Below are positions 28,241-37,359 of a stretch of DNA of 64,000 bases, piece after piece. The stretch is from Rhodocyclaceae bacterium. Its GTDB lineage: Bacteria; Pseudomonadota; Gammaproteobacteria; Burkholderiales; Rhodocyclaceae. Position 1 is the stretch's first letter; the number at the start of each line of letters is the position of its first letter. The notes below the pieces were generated by a model. That model did no database searches and was not told where the DNA came from. It saw only the letters and a program-made list of their open reading frames with translations. Position numbers and translations under genes: made by a program. The stretch is taken from NCBI GenBank assembly GCA_018261935.1, contig JAGTRP010000014.1, positions 27,855 to 91,854 on the forward strand. The letters are read 5' to 3'.

Positions 28241-28992
28241 CTGACGAGCAGCTTCTCCGCTACAGCCGACACATATTGCTGGATGCCCTGGGAATCGAAG
28301 GGCAGGAAAAGCTGTTGTCCGCCCATGCCCTGGTGGTAGGCGCCGGAGGACTGGGCTCGCCGGCAGCCCTCTATCTTGCCGCGGCCGGCGTCGGTCGCCT
28401 GACCCTGGCCGATGGCGACACCGTCGATTTCACCAATCTGCAGCGCCAGATTCTGCACACTGTGGACCGGGTCGGCACAGCCAAGGCCGAATCCGGCCGG
28501 ACCGCCCTCCGCGCCATCAACCCGGAAGTGACCGTCACCCCACTGTGCGAACGGCTTTCCGGTTCTCAACTGGATGCCCTGGTCGGCAGCGCCGACGTGG
28601 TGCTCGACTGCACCGACAATTTCGCCACCCGCCACGCCATCAACCGGGCCTGCGTGCGCCACCGCAAGCCCCTGGTATCAGGGGCCGCCATCCGCTTCGA
28701 TGGCCAGGTCAGTGTCTATGATCTGCGCCGCGACGACTCCCCCTGCTACCACTGCCTCTTTCCCGAGGGGGAAGAAGCCGAAGAGATACGTTGCGCCGTC
28801 ATGGGCGTCTTCGCCCCCCTGACCGGCATGGTCGGCGCCATGCAGGCGGCCGAAGCCCTCAAACTGGTGGCCGGCATCGGAGAAAGCCTGATCGGTCGCC
28901 TGCTCCTCATCGACGCCCTCACCATGCAGTGGCGAACGGTCCGCTTCAAGAAGGACGCGGGCTGCAGCATCTGCGGCCAGAAAAACCGCTAG
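28237..28992 (+). CDS. moeB: molybdopterin-synthase adenylyltransferase MoeB (ThiF/HesA family E1-like)
   Basis: LLRYSRHILL, nucleotide loop VVGAGGLGSPAALYLAAAGVG, and two CxxC pairs (CYHC, CSIC). Confidence 0.8.
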   Translation: MTDEQLLRYSRHILLDALGIEGQEKLLSAHALVVGAGGLGSPAALYLAAAGVGRLTLADGDTVDFTNLQRQILHTVDRVGTAKAESGRTALRAINPEVTVTPLCERLSGSQLDALVGSADVVLDCTDNFATRHAINRACVRHRKPLVSGAAIRFDGQVSVYDLRRDDSPCYHCLFPEGEEAEEIRCAVMGVFAPLTGMVGAMQAAEALKLVAGIGESLIGRLLLIDALTMQWRTVRFKKDAGCSICGQKNR

Positions 28993-29273
28993 GCGGCCAC
29001 CCTACACCCATCGGCCCGACCCGGCGCCGCCGCCTCCTGTCCCGGGCCTTCTGCTTTCCCGGCTGATTATCCGGAGCAGGTATTTACCCTGCGATTTCCG
29101 GCATTTCCAAGCACCACCCCGCCCTCCCATTCGCCCCCCCCTGCGTCCGTGCCCCTGGCCACGAACCCCGGAACCATTGCGGACAAGGAATGCCCAATGC
29201 GAAGACCTTCAAGGGGAAAGGTCATGAGCGGCGAATGTCAGAAAAGATCCAATACAACTTGAGGAGATTCAAA

Positions 29274-29639
29274 ATGAAGCAAAACCTTATTCTTAGAGTC
29301 AGCGGGATAGCGATTGCGATGGCTCTGAGCGCCCTGGCCGCCCCGAGCTGGGCCCAGAATGACCCCGGCAGCACCATGGATTCCTCCGACTATGCCACCC
29401 GGCAATCGTCCGACATACCCGACTACATGAGGCCCCTTGAATACCGCTCGTGGGGCAACATGCCTCGCAGCTCCTTCCGCAATGAGCAGGAGGTGATCGG
29501 TGCACAGGGCCGGGCCGGTGCCTACGGCCCCCGGGGCGAGCGCACGCAGTCATTCAAATCCTACTTTTCCGAGCCGGTCGGCAACCGGGGGGAACTCGGT
29601 TTCCTGAACTGGCGGGAAAACAACACGGATACGCCTTGA
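29274..29639 (+). CDS. small secreted protein, unknown family (paralog 1)
   Basis: SD GAGGAGAT 5 nt before the ATG. Signal peptide MKQNLILRVSGIAIAMALSALAAPSWA. Cys-free polar body. C-terminus …GNRGELGFLNWRENNTDTP. Confidence 0.6.
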   Translation: MKQNLILRVSGIAIAMALSALAAPSWAQNDPGSTMDSSDYATRQSSDIPDYMRPLEYRSWGNMPRSSFRNEQEVIGAQGRAGAYGPRGERTQSFKSYFSEPVGNRGELGFLNWRENNTDTP

Positions 29640-29669
29640 TCGGCTACTCGAGGTAATCTCCTCCCTGCT

Positions 29670-29709
29670 GAATGGGCGAATCCCGGGGGTTTCCCCGGAT
29701 TTCCCATTC
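29670..29709 (+). terminator. imperfect 40-nt hairpin between the two small ORFs (possible attenuator/terminator, no U-tract)
   Basis: GAATGGGCGAATCCCGGGGGTTTCCCCGGATTTCCCATTC. Outer arms GAATGGG/CCCATTC and inner arms CGGGG/CCCCG. Confidence 0.3.
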
Positions 29710-29848
29710 GGCACGGCCTTGCTCGTACTGGCTGGTCCCGGCCAGGAACCATCGTCTATTGGCGATGCCAAATAGAGAGACTTCCGAGGTGAGGTCTTAA
29801 GACGACTTTTTCTCAGGGAGGGACCCATGCAACCTGAGGAGATCAACC

Positions 29849-30196
29849 ATGAAGCGCAACTTTATTCTGAGCGCGAGCGCTGTAGCGATTGCGATGGCAT
29901 TGGGCGGTGCCGTGCCGAGCCTGGCTCAAGAGTCTCCCGGCGAGACGGTAACCCCGCCCCAGCTCAACCCGAGCTATGAAACCCAGCAGCCGCTGGAAAC
30001 GCCGGCTCCGGCCCCGCGGGGAGTCGATGAGGGCGTTACCCAGCCCCAGGGCGTCCAGGGACCCGTCCGGTCCGATGAAAGCGCCCAGTATCCCCAGGAC
30101 ACGAGCCGGTACGGGACGTACTCGCACCGCCCGACAGGCAACGCAGGCTATGACGGTTTCCTGCGCTGGCAGGAAACCAATTCCAATACGCCCTGA
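29849..30196 (+). CDS. small secreted protein, unknown family (paralog 2)
   Basis: Same SD GAGGAGAT 5 nt before the ATG. Signal peptide MKRNFILSASAVAIAMALGGAVPSLA. Pro/Gln-rich body. C-terminus …GNAGYDGFLRWQETNSNTP. Confidence 0.6.
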   Translation: MKRNFILSASAVAIAMALGGAVPSLAQESPGETVTPPQLNPSYETQQPLETPAPAPRGVDEGVTQPQGVQGPVRSDESAQYPQDTSRYGTYSHRPTGNAGYDGFLRWQETNSNTP

Positions 30197-30276
30197 TGCA
30201 GGGCTGAAGGTGATAACAGCGCTGCCGGCCGCTATCCCAGGCGCCCCGCGGAACGCGGTGCCCGAAACCGACCGCT

Positions 30277-31374
30277 TCAGGGCAGCCGCGCCAGCAGTCG
30301 AATGTCGCTCCCGAGCAGTCGCATATCGCGCACTGTCAGCAGGTGTTTGGCCTTCAAATCGTGAAGCTCGGGCAGCCCGAAGAGGTCTCTTGCCTCGTCA
30401 CCGAGGAGGCAAGGCGCCAGATAGAGGAGCAGTTCGTCCACCAAGCCCTCGCGCAGCAGTGAGCCGTTGAGCCGGTAACCGGCCTCGACATGGAGTTCGT
30501 TAAGGCCTCGCCTGCCAAGCTCCTGCAGCAGGGCCAACAGATCGACTTTGCCGCCGGCCTTGGGCAACACAATGATCTCGGCGCCCCGGGCTTGCAAGGC
30601 GCCCAGGCGGTCCTGGTCATCGACAGTGGTTGCCACCAGGACCGGACTACCGTCCAGGAGACGGGCCTCGGGGGATAACTCAAGCCGGCTGTCCACGACT
30701 ATCCGGAGGGGTTGTCGGCTCGTTTCGACCCCCCTTACGCTCAGCTGGGGATCATCGTCCCGCACTGTGCCGATGCCGGTCAGGATCGCGCAGGCCCGCG
30801 CCCGCCAGCGGTGGCCGTCCTGGCGCGCATCCGGTCCGGTGATCCACTGGCTCTTGCCATTGTTGAGCGCCGTTTTGCCATCCAGGCTTGCCGCAGCCTT
30901 GAGGCGTACCCAGGGACGGCCGCGGGTCATGCGAGAGACAAAACCGATATTGAGTTCCCGGGCTTCGTTCTCGAGGAGGCCGCAGGCGGTTTCCACGCCG
31001 GCTGACGCCAGCCTGGCCAAGCCCTTCCCCGCCACCAGGGGGTTGGGATCCTGCATGGCCGCCACCACCCGAGCCGGCCTGGCGGCGACAAGCGCGTCGG
31101 CACAGGGCGGGGTGCGGCCGTGGTGGCTGCAGGGCTCCAGGGTGACGTAGGCAGTGGCGCCTTCCACTTCGGCGCCGTTTTCCCTTGCCATCCGCAAAGC
31201 ATGGATTTCGGCATGGGGCTCGCCAGCCTTTTCGTGCCAGCCTTCGCCGATCACCCGGCCATCCTTCACCAGCACGCAGCCGACCCGGGGATTGGGCGAA
31301 GTGGAAAAGAGTCCTTGCTCGGCCAGGCGCAGAGCCCGGGCCATGTGGCCGTGGTCAGCCGCCGTGAAAGTCAC
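30277..31374 (-). CDS. ribD: bifunctional riboflavin biosynthesis deaminase/reductase RibD
   Basis: GTG at 31374 overlaps the nrdR stop (GTGA). Deaminase zinc motifs HAEIHAL and [12 protein letters not shown]-terminal reductase domain. Track ORF 30277-31743 is over-extended. Confidence 0.9.
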   Translation of the reverse strand: MTFTAADHGHMARALRLAEQGLFSTSPNPRVGCVLVKDGRVIGEGWHEKAGEPHAEIHALRMARENGAEVEGATAYVTLEPCSHHGRTPPCADALVAARPARVVAAMQDPNPLVAGKGLARLASAGVETACGLLENEARELNIGFVSRMTRGRPWVRLKAAASLDGKTALNNGKSQWITGPDARQDGHRWRARACAILTGIGTVRDDDPQLSVRGVETSRQPLRIVVDSRLELSPEARLLDGSPVLVATTVDDQDRLGALQARGAEIIVLPKAGGKVDLLALLQELGRRGLNELHVEAGYRLNGSLLREGLVDELLLYLAPCLLGDEARDLFGLPELHDLKAKHLLTVRDMRLLGSDIRLLARLP

Positions 31375-31832
31375 GATTTCTTGCTGGGGGAAACTTCCCG
31401 GACAGCCCGGGAAAAAGCATCCACGTCTTCGAAATTCCGATAGACCGAAGCGAAGCGGATGTAGGCGACCTTGTCGAGCTTCCGCAGCTCCCGCATCACC
31501 AGCTCCCCGACCTGCTGGGAGGTGATTTCCCGCTCGCCGGAGGAGAGCAGCTTTTCCTCGATTTCGGCGATGGCGGCATCCACGGACTCGGTGGAGACCG
31601 GGCGCTTTCTCAAGGCCAGCTCCAGGCTCGCCCGCAGCTTGTCGCGGTTGAACTCGATGCGGGAGCCGTTTTTCTTCACCACCTGGGGCAGGCGGATTTC
31701 CGCCCGCTCGTAGGTGGTGAAACGCTTGTCGCAGGCATTGCACTTTCTGCGGCGCCGGACGATGTCGCCTTCGTCGTTGAGGCGGGTATCGGCAACCGCC
31801 GTATCACCGGCACCGCAGAAGGGGCATTTCAT
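31371..31832 (-). CDS. nrdR: transcriptional repressor NrdR
   Basis: MKCPFCG…[12 protein letters not shown] zinc ribbon plus an ATP-cone. Confidence 0.95.
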   Translation of the reverse strand: MKCPFCGAGDTAVADTRLNDEGDIVRRRRKCNACDKRFTTYERAEIRLPQVVKKNGSRIEFNRDKLRASLELALRKRPVSTESVDAAIAEIEEKLLSSGEREITSQQVGELVMRELRKLDKVAYIRFASVYRNFEDVDAFSRAVREVSPSKKS

Positions 31833-33083
31833 TTAGGCGCCATAAACCGGGCACTTCTTGCACAGTTCCGCAACCTTGGCCCGCACTTTCGCGGCCACCG
31901 CTTCGTCGTTGGGGGCATCGAGCACGTCGGCGATGAGGTGGGCGACCATCTCGGCCTCGATCTCGGTGAAGCCCCGGGTGGTCATGGCCGGCGAGCCGAT
32001 GCGGATGCCGGAGGTGACGAAGGGCTTCTGGGGATCGTTCGGGATGCCGTTCTTGTTGACCGTGATATGGGCGCGGCCCAGGGCGGCCTCGGCTTCCTTG
32101 CCGGTGAGGTTCTTGGGACGCAGGTCCACCAGGAAGACGTGGCTTTCGGTACGGCCGGAAACGATGCGCAGGCCCCGCTCCTCGGACAGCACCCGGGCCA
32201 TGACGCGGGCGTTGGCCATCACCTGTTCCTGGTAGTCGCGGAACTCGGGGGACGCAGCTTCCTTGAAGGCCACCGCCTTGGCGGCGATGACGTGCATCAG
32301 GGGACCGCCCTGGAGACCCGGGAAGATGGCGGAATTGATCGCCTTCTCGTGCTCGGCCTTCATCAGGATGATGCCGCCGCGGGGGCCGCGCAGGGTCTTG
32401 TGGGTGGTGGAAGTCACCACGTCGGCGTGGGGCACCGGGTTCGGGTAGAAGCCGGCAGCGATCAGGCCGGCGTAGTGGGCCATATCCACCCAGAAGATGG
32501 CGCCGACTTCCTTGGCGATCTTGGCGAAGCGCTCGAAATCGATGCGCAGGGCGTAGGCGGAGGCGCCGGCCACGATGATCTTGGGCTTGTGCTCCCGGGC
32601 CAGGGCTTCCATCTTGTCGTAGTCGATCTCTTCCTTCTCGTTGAGACCGTAGGCCACGACGTTGAACCACTTGCCGGACATGTTGAGGGGCATGCCGTGG
32701 GTCAGGTGGCCGCCTTCGGCCAGGCTCATGCCCATGATGGTGTCGCCGGGCTTGGCGAAGGCCATCAGTACGGCCTGGTTGGCCTGGGAGCCGGAGTTGG
32801 GCTGGACATTGGCGGCGTCGGCGCCGAACAGCTTCTTCAGGCGCTCGATGGCCAGCTGCTCGGCCACATCAACGTGCTCGCAACCGCCGTAGTAGCGCTT
32901 GCCCGGGTAGCCCTCGGCATACTTGTTGGTGAGTTGGGAGCCCTGGGCTTCCATGACTGCCTTGCTCACGTAGTTTTCGGACGCGATCAGTTCGATATGG
33001 TCTTCCTGGCGGCGGTTCTCGGCCTCGATGGCCTGCCAGAGTTCGGGGTCAACTTTCGCCAGGGTGTCTTTCGCGGAAAACAT
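31833..33083 (-). CDS. glyA: serine hydroxymethyltransferase
   Basis: Full-length SHMT with PLP-lysine motif [16 protein letters not shown]. Confidence 0.97.
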   Translation of the reverse strand: MFSAKDTLAKVDPELWQAIEAENRRQEDHIELIASENYVSKAVMEAQGSQLTNKYAEGYPGKRYYGGCEHVDVAEQLAIERLKKLFGADAANVQPNSGSQANQAVLMAFAKPGDTIMGMSLAEGGHLTHGMPLNMSGKWFNVVAYGLNEKEEIDYDKMEALAREHKPKIIVAGASAYALRIDFERFAKIAKEVGAIFWVDMAHYAGLIAAGFYPNPVPHADVVTSTTHKTLRGPRGGIILMKAEHEKAINSAIFPGLQGGPLMHVIAAKAVAFKEAASPEFRDYQEQVMANARVMARVLSEERGLRIVSGRTESHVFLVDLRPKNLTGKEAEAALGRAHITVNKNGIPNDPQKPFVTSGIRIGSPAMTTRGFTEIEAEMVAHLIADVLDAPNDEAVAAKVRAKVAELCKKCPVYGA

Positions 33084-33124
33084 GGGAGGAATGCCTCAAG
33101 CCGTTGAAAAAGGCGGTGATTTTA

Positions 33125-33787
33125 TCACGTCGGGAGTTCGTCCAGGGCATCGGCTTCCAGGTGGGCCGTGTCGCCCCAGGTCTCGATGCGCCACTCGCCG
33201 CCGTCGCAGACGATCCAGTTCAGCCCCGTGTTGGGAATCAGGAAGTCCCGGGGCGTTTCCAGGGGGGTGCCGCGCACGAAGCGGTTGATGATATCGAGGA
33301 CGCCGCCGTGAACCACCACCACAATACTCTCGCCGACATGGGCCGCAGCCAGGGCCTTCAGCTTGCCGGCCACCCGCTCGAAATGGGCGAGCAGGCTTTC
33401 GCCGGTTTCGCCGTCCCAGTCCGGATCCCGGCTTTCCATCGCCGCGTAGGCAGCCGGATAGCGGACCTTGGCCTCGTCATAGGTGAGCCCCTCGAAAATC
33501 CCGTAGCGCCGTTCCCGCAACTCCGGCACCGGCAGCGGCGCCAGGCCGATGGCTGCGCCGATGCGCTCCGCCGTGGACCACGCCCGCTGCAGGTCGCTGC
33601 TGTAGAGGGTGGTGATGCCGGCATCCTTGAGCCGGCGGCCCGCCGCTTCGGCCTGGCGCAACCCCTTGTCGTTGAGCCCGACGTCGATCTGGCCCTGGAT
33701 GCGGCGCTGGGTATTCCACTCCGTTTCGCCATGGCGCACCAGACAAAGCCGTGCCACCGATTGGCATGCACTAGGGATTTCCACCAT
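33125..33787 (-). CDS. histidine phosphatase family protein (phosphoglycerate mutase-like)
   Basis: LVRHGETEWN catalytic motif. Start uncertain: ATG 33787 or 33808. Confidence 0.7.
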   Translation of the reverse strand: MVEIPSACQSVARLCLVRHGETEWNTQRRIQGQIDVGLNDKGLRQAEAAGRRLKDAGITTLYSSDLQRAWSTAERIGAAIGLAPLPVPELRERRYGIFEGLTYDEAKVRYPAAYAAMESRDPDWDGETGESLLAHFERVAGKLKALAAAHVGESIVVVVHGGVLDIINRFVRGTPLETPRDFLIPNTGLNWIVCDGGEWRIETWGDTAHLEADALDELPT

Positions 33788-33885
33788 TTTTGTGTTACAT
33801 CCTTCCATGTATATTGCATTGACCGGACCCGAGGGCAGTCCCGCCTTTCAAGAAGGCCGGCATTCTATCAATCGAGGAGGCCTCC

Positions 33886-34479
33886 GTGACCCTTCTGCTC
33901 AAGCTGTCGCAGCTCATCGACGCACTCAACGAGCGCGTCGGCAAGGCGGCATTCTGGCTCGTGCTGGCAATGACCGTCATCTGCGCCGGTAACGCCGTCG
34001 TACGCTTCGTCTTCAACTACAGCTCCAACGGCCTTCTGGAAATCCAGTGGTACCTGTTCGCCGCAGTCTTCCTCCTCTGCGCCGCCTACACCCTCCAGAA
34101 GAACGAACATGTCCGGATAGACGTCGTCGCCGGCAAATTCTCATCCAAGGGCCAGGCCGTCATCGACATCATCGGCACGGTACTTTTCCTGCTGCCCATG
34201 GTGATCCTGGTCCTGTGGCTGTCGATCCCCCTGGTCAAGGAGTCCTACCGCATCGGTGAGATGTCGGCCAACGCCGGCGGCCTCATCCGCTGGCCCGTCA
34301 AGGCCGTCCTCCCCATCGGCTTCACTCTCCTGGCCCTGCAGGGGGTGTCCGAACTGATCAAGCGCATTGCCTTCCTGGCCGGTCGCATCGATGACCCCAA
34401 CAGCAAGGGCAAGGCCCCCAGCGCCGAGGAAGAACTGGCCGCCGCCATCGCCGCTGCCAAGGCCAGGGAGGGCAAATAA
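33886..34479 (+). CDS. TRAP transporter small permease subunit (DctQ family)
   Basis: GTG start after SD GAGGAGG. Four hydrophobic segments. TAATG junction with the large permease gene. Confidence 0.8.
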   Translation: MTLLLKLSQLIDALNERVGKAAFWLVLAMTVICAGNAVVRFVFNYSSNGLLEIQWYLFAAVFLLCAAYTLQKNEHVRIDVVAGKFSSKGQAVIDIIGTVLFLLPMVILVLWLSIPLVKESYRIGEMSANAGGLIRWPVKAVLPIGFTLLALQGVSELIKRIAFLAGRIDDPNSKGKAPSAEEELAAAIAAAKAREGK

Positions 34480-35963
34480 TGGAATGGGTCATCGCCAATA
34501 TGGCGCCCCTGATGTTCGGCGCCCTCGTCCTGTTCCTGCTCTTCGGCTATCCGGTGGCTTTCTCGCTGGCTGCCAACGGCATCGTCTTCGGCCTCATCGG
34601 CATCGAGCTGGGCCTCCTGCAGCCGCAGCTCTTCCAGGCCCTGCCGGAGCGGGTTTTCGGCATCATGGCCAACGACACACTGCTGGCCATCCCCTTCTTC
34701 ACCTTCATGGGCCTCATCCTGGAGCGCTCGGGCATGGCCGAGGATCTCCTGGACACCATCGGCCAGCTTTTCGGGCCGCTCCGGGGCGGACTCGCCTACG
34801 CGGTGATCTTCGTCGGCGCCTTACTGGCGGCCACCACCGGCGTGGTCGCGGCTTCGGTGATTTCCATGGGCCTCATTTCCTTGCCCATCATGATGCGCTA
34901 CGGCTACGACAAGCGACTCGCCTCCGGGGTCATCGCCGCCTCCGGGACCCTGGCCCAGATCATCCCGCCCTCCCTGGTGCTGATCATCATGGCCGACCAG
35001 CTGGGCAAGTCGGTGGGCGACATGTACGAGGGCGCCTTCATTCCCGGCCTGGTCCTCACCTGCCTTTACTTCGGCTATGTGGTCATCCTCAGCATCGTCA
35101 AGCCCGGCGCCTGCCCGGCCCTGCCCCTGGAAGCCCGCTCCCTCAGGGGGGCCAGGCTGCTGCTGCGGGTGGTCACCACCCTGGTGCCTCCCCTGGTGCT
35201 CATTTTCCTGGTCCTCGGCACCATCTTCCTCGGCATCGCCACCCCCACCGAAGGGGGCGCCATGGGCGCTTCCGGCGCCCTGATCCTGGCCCTGGCCCGG
35301 AAGCGGCTATCCATGAAGCTTCTCAGGCAGGCCATGGAGACCACCGGCAAGCTGACCTCCTTCGTGGTCTTCATCCTGGTGGGGTCCACCGTCTTCAGCC
35401 TGGTCTTCCGGGCGGTGAACGGCGACCTCTGGGTGGAGCACCTGCTGACCTCCCTCCCCGGGGGCAAGCTCGGCTTCCTGATCGTGGTGAACATCCTGGT
35501 CTTCCTGCTCGCCTTCTTCCTGGATTTCTTCGAGCTCTCCTTCATCATCGTGCCCCTGCTGGGACCGGTAGCCGAAAAGCTGGGCATCGACCTCATCTGG
35601 TTCGGCGTCCTCCTCGGGGTGAATATGCAGACCTCCTTCATGCACCCCCCCTTCGGCTTCGCCCTCTTCTACCTGCGCTCGGTGGCCCCCGCCTCCATCA
35701 AGACCACGGACATCTATTGGGGCGCCATCCCCTTCGTCGGCATCCAGATCGTCATGGTGGCCCTGATCATCGTCTTCCCCAACCTGGTGAGCTACGGCGA
35801 CGATGCCCAGCGGGAAGCCGCCCGCATCGAGCGGGAGGGGGGCGCTGCCCCGGCGGCCGATCTCGACACCTTGATGAATGGCGGCGGCAGCAGCGATAAA
35901 GCCGCCAAACCCGACGACGGGGACAACGACCTCCTGAAGCGCCTGCAACAGGACAGCAAGTAG
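34479..35963 (+). CDS. TRAP transporter large permease subunit (DctM family)
   Basis: 494 aa, polytopic, with DctM-like segments (…LAIPFFTFMGLILERSGMAEDL…). Confidence 0.9.
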   Translation: MEWVIANMAPLMFGALVLFLLFGYPVAFSLAANGIVFGLIGIELGLLQPQLFQALPERVFGIMANDTLLAIPFFTFMGLILERSGMAEDLLDTIGQLFGPLRGGLAYAVIFVGALLAATTGVVAASVISMGLISLPIMMRYGYDKRLASGVIAASGTLAQIIPPSLVLIIMADQLGKSVGDMYEGAFIPGLVLTCLYFGYVVILSIVKPGACPALPLEARSLRGARLLLRVVTTLVPPLVLIFLVLGTIFLGIATPTEGGAMGASGALILALARKRLSMKLLRQAMETTGKLTSFVVFILVGSTVFSLVFRAVNGDLWVEHLLTSLPGGKLGFLIVVNILVFLLAFFLDFFELSFIIVPLLGPVAEKLGIDLIWFGVLLGVNMQTSFMHPPFGFALFYLRSVAPASIKTTDIYWGAIPFVGIQIVMVALIIVFPNLVSYGDDAQREAARIEREGGAAPAADLDTLMNGGGSSDKAAKPDDGDNDLLKRLQQDSK

Positions 35964-35979
35964 TTTCCCCAAGCCATCG

Positions 35980-36008
35980 CCAGGGTAGCCGGCCGGGCCG
36001 GCTGCCCT
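35980..36008 (+). terminator. GC-rich hairpin downstream of the TRAP permease gene (no U-tract)
   Basis: CAGGGTAGCCGGCC-G-GGCCGGCTGCCCTG. Near-perfect inverted repeat with one G-U pair, 17 nt after the stop. Confidence 0.3.
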
Positions 36009-36059
36009 GATGCCTGCAGCGGGAAGCTGCTCTACAATGGGGGGCGAACCATTTCCCCC

Positions 36060-37304
36060 ATGCCTATGCCTTCCGTCAGCGTCGATCGCCTCCAGCCTGG
36101 AATCTTCATCTCCCTATCCTCCCTCGGCTGGATGAACCACCCCTTCGTGCTCAACCAGTTCCGCATCGGCAACCCGGGCCAGATCCAGGTGCTGCGGGAG
36201 ATGGGGGTCAAGACGGTGGACTGGGATCCGGCCCGCAGCACCGCCGAACTCCTCCCGGAAAAAGCCGCGGCCCCGGCCGAGGAGGACTTCGCCGGCGCCG
36301 CCCTGGCCGGCATGCTCGGCGCCAAGCAGGAGCGAATCGAACGGGTACGCCATCAGCGGGAACGCCTGGCGCGGCGGGAGAGGGAATACGAGCAGGATGC
36401 CCTGGCTGCCACGGACGTCATGAAATCCCTCTCCGGCCATCCCGCCGAAGCCCACGCCAAGGCCAGAACCCTGGCCAGCCGTATCGTGGACGGGATGGTG
36501 GGAACGGAAAATGCCGTGGTCCATCTGGTGAACCAGAAGGGTCACGACACCAACCTGGTCTTCCATTCCCTCAACGTCATGGTCCTCTCCCTCCTGCTGG
36601 GCAAGGCCATGGAACTCTCGGCGGAGGAAATGAAGCTCGTGGGGGTCGGCGCCCTGCTCCACGACGTCGGCAAGGCCGAGATTCCGAGCCGCATCCTGCG
36701 CGCCAGCAAGCGCACGCCCCCGGAAGAGGATTTCTACCGGGCCCATGTGGGCTACGGCATCAAGGTCACGGCCGGAATCAAGGACCTGCCGGTACAGGTC
36801 AAGAACATCATCGCCTGCCACCATGAGCGCTGGGACGGCAGCGGCTTCCCCAACCGCCTGGCGGGCGAGAAGATTCCCCGCCTCTCCCGGCTGGTGGCCA
36901 TTGCCAATCGCTACGACAACCTCTGCAACCCCTTCGACATCAAGCTCGCCAAGACGCCGGCCGAGACCATACAGCACCTTTTCCGGAAGGAGGGCCAGCA
37001 TTTCGAGCCCGACCTGCTGCAGCGCTTCATCAAGGCCATGGGAGTCTATCCACCCGGCACCTTCGTCGCCCTTTCCAATGGCGCCAACGGCCTGGTGATC
37101 GAAAGCAACCCGACCAATCTCCTCCGTCCCTTGGTCATGATCTACGACCCGGAAATTCCCCGCCACGAAGCCTTGCTGCTCAACCTGGAGGAAACCGACC
37201 TGGTGGTGGAGAGCGCCGTCAGCCCGGCCACCCTGCCCCTGGAGGCAGTCGAATACCTGGCGCCCCGGGGCCGGGTGGACTACTACATCGAAGGCACCTC
37301 CTGA
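36060..37304 (+). CDS. HD-GYP domain c-di-GMP phosphodiesterase with DUF3391-like N-terminal domain
   Basis: N-terminus VDRLQPGIFISLSSLGWMNHPF. HD motif LLHDVGK. HHERWDGSGFP (GYP variant GFP). Confidence 0.85.
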   Translation: MPMPSVSVDRLQPGIFISLSSLGWMNHPFVLNQFRIGNPGQIQVLREMGVKTVDWDPARSTAELLPEKAAAPAEEDFAGAALAGMLGAKQERIERVRHQRERLARREREYEQDALAATDVMKSLSGHPAEAHAKARTLASRIVDGMVGTENAVVHLVNQKGHDTNLVFHSLNVMVLSLLLGKAMELSAEEMKLVGVGALLHDVGKAEIPSRILRASKRTPPEEDFYRAHVGYGIKVTAGIKDLPVQVKNIIACHHERWDGSGFPNRLAGEKIPRLSRLVAIANRYDNLCNPFDIKLAKTPAETIQHLFRKEGQHFEPDLLQRFIKAMGVYPPGTFVALSNGANGLVIESNPTNLLRPLVMIYDPEIPRHEALLLNLEETDLVVESAVSPATLPLEAVEYLAPRGRVDYYIEGTS

Positions 37305-37315
37305 TCGCGCCAAAG

Positions 37316-37341
37316 AAAAACCCGCCTGGTGGCGGGTTTTT
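37316..37341. terminator. bidirectional rho-independent terminator
   Basis: AAAAA-CCCGCC-TGGT-GGCGGG-TTTTT between the convergent HD-GYP (stop 37304) and TRAP SBP (stop 37360) genes. Confidence 0.7.
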
Positions 37342-37359
37342 CTTTACGCCGGCGTCGTT

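Noticed and set aside
27839-28992. Small ORF plus ThiF/MoeB-type E1 as a bacterial ubiquitin-like conjugation (Bil/Bub-type) operon.
   Set aside because: No E2-like, JAB/DUB or beta-grasp Ubl gene is present, and the small protein lacks a C-terminal Gly-Gly. The E1-like protein has the length and double CxxC of housekeeping MoeB. It is kept only as a partner-protein hypothesis.
29190-29273. Longer 149-aa form of the first small secreted protein starting at 29190.
   Set aside because: The extension (MPNAKTFKGKGHERRMSEKIQYNLRRFK) precedes a perfect SD-ATG at 29274, from which a canonical signal peptide begins. The paralog starts at the equivalent position.
30277-31743. 488-aa version of ribD overlapping most of nrdR.
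   Set aside because: The extra 122 aa run out of frame through the well-supported nrdR gene. The GTG at 31374 overlapping the nrdR stop gives a canonical ~366-aa RibD.
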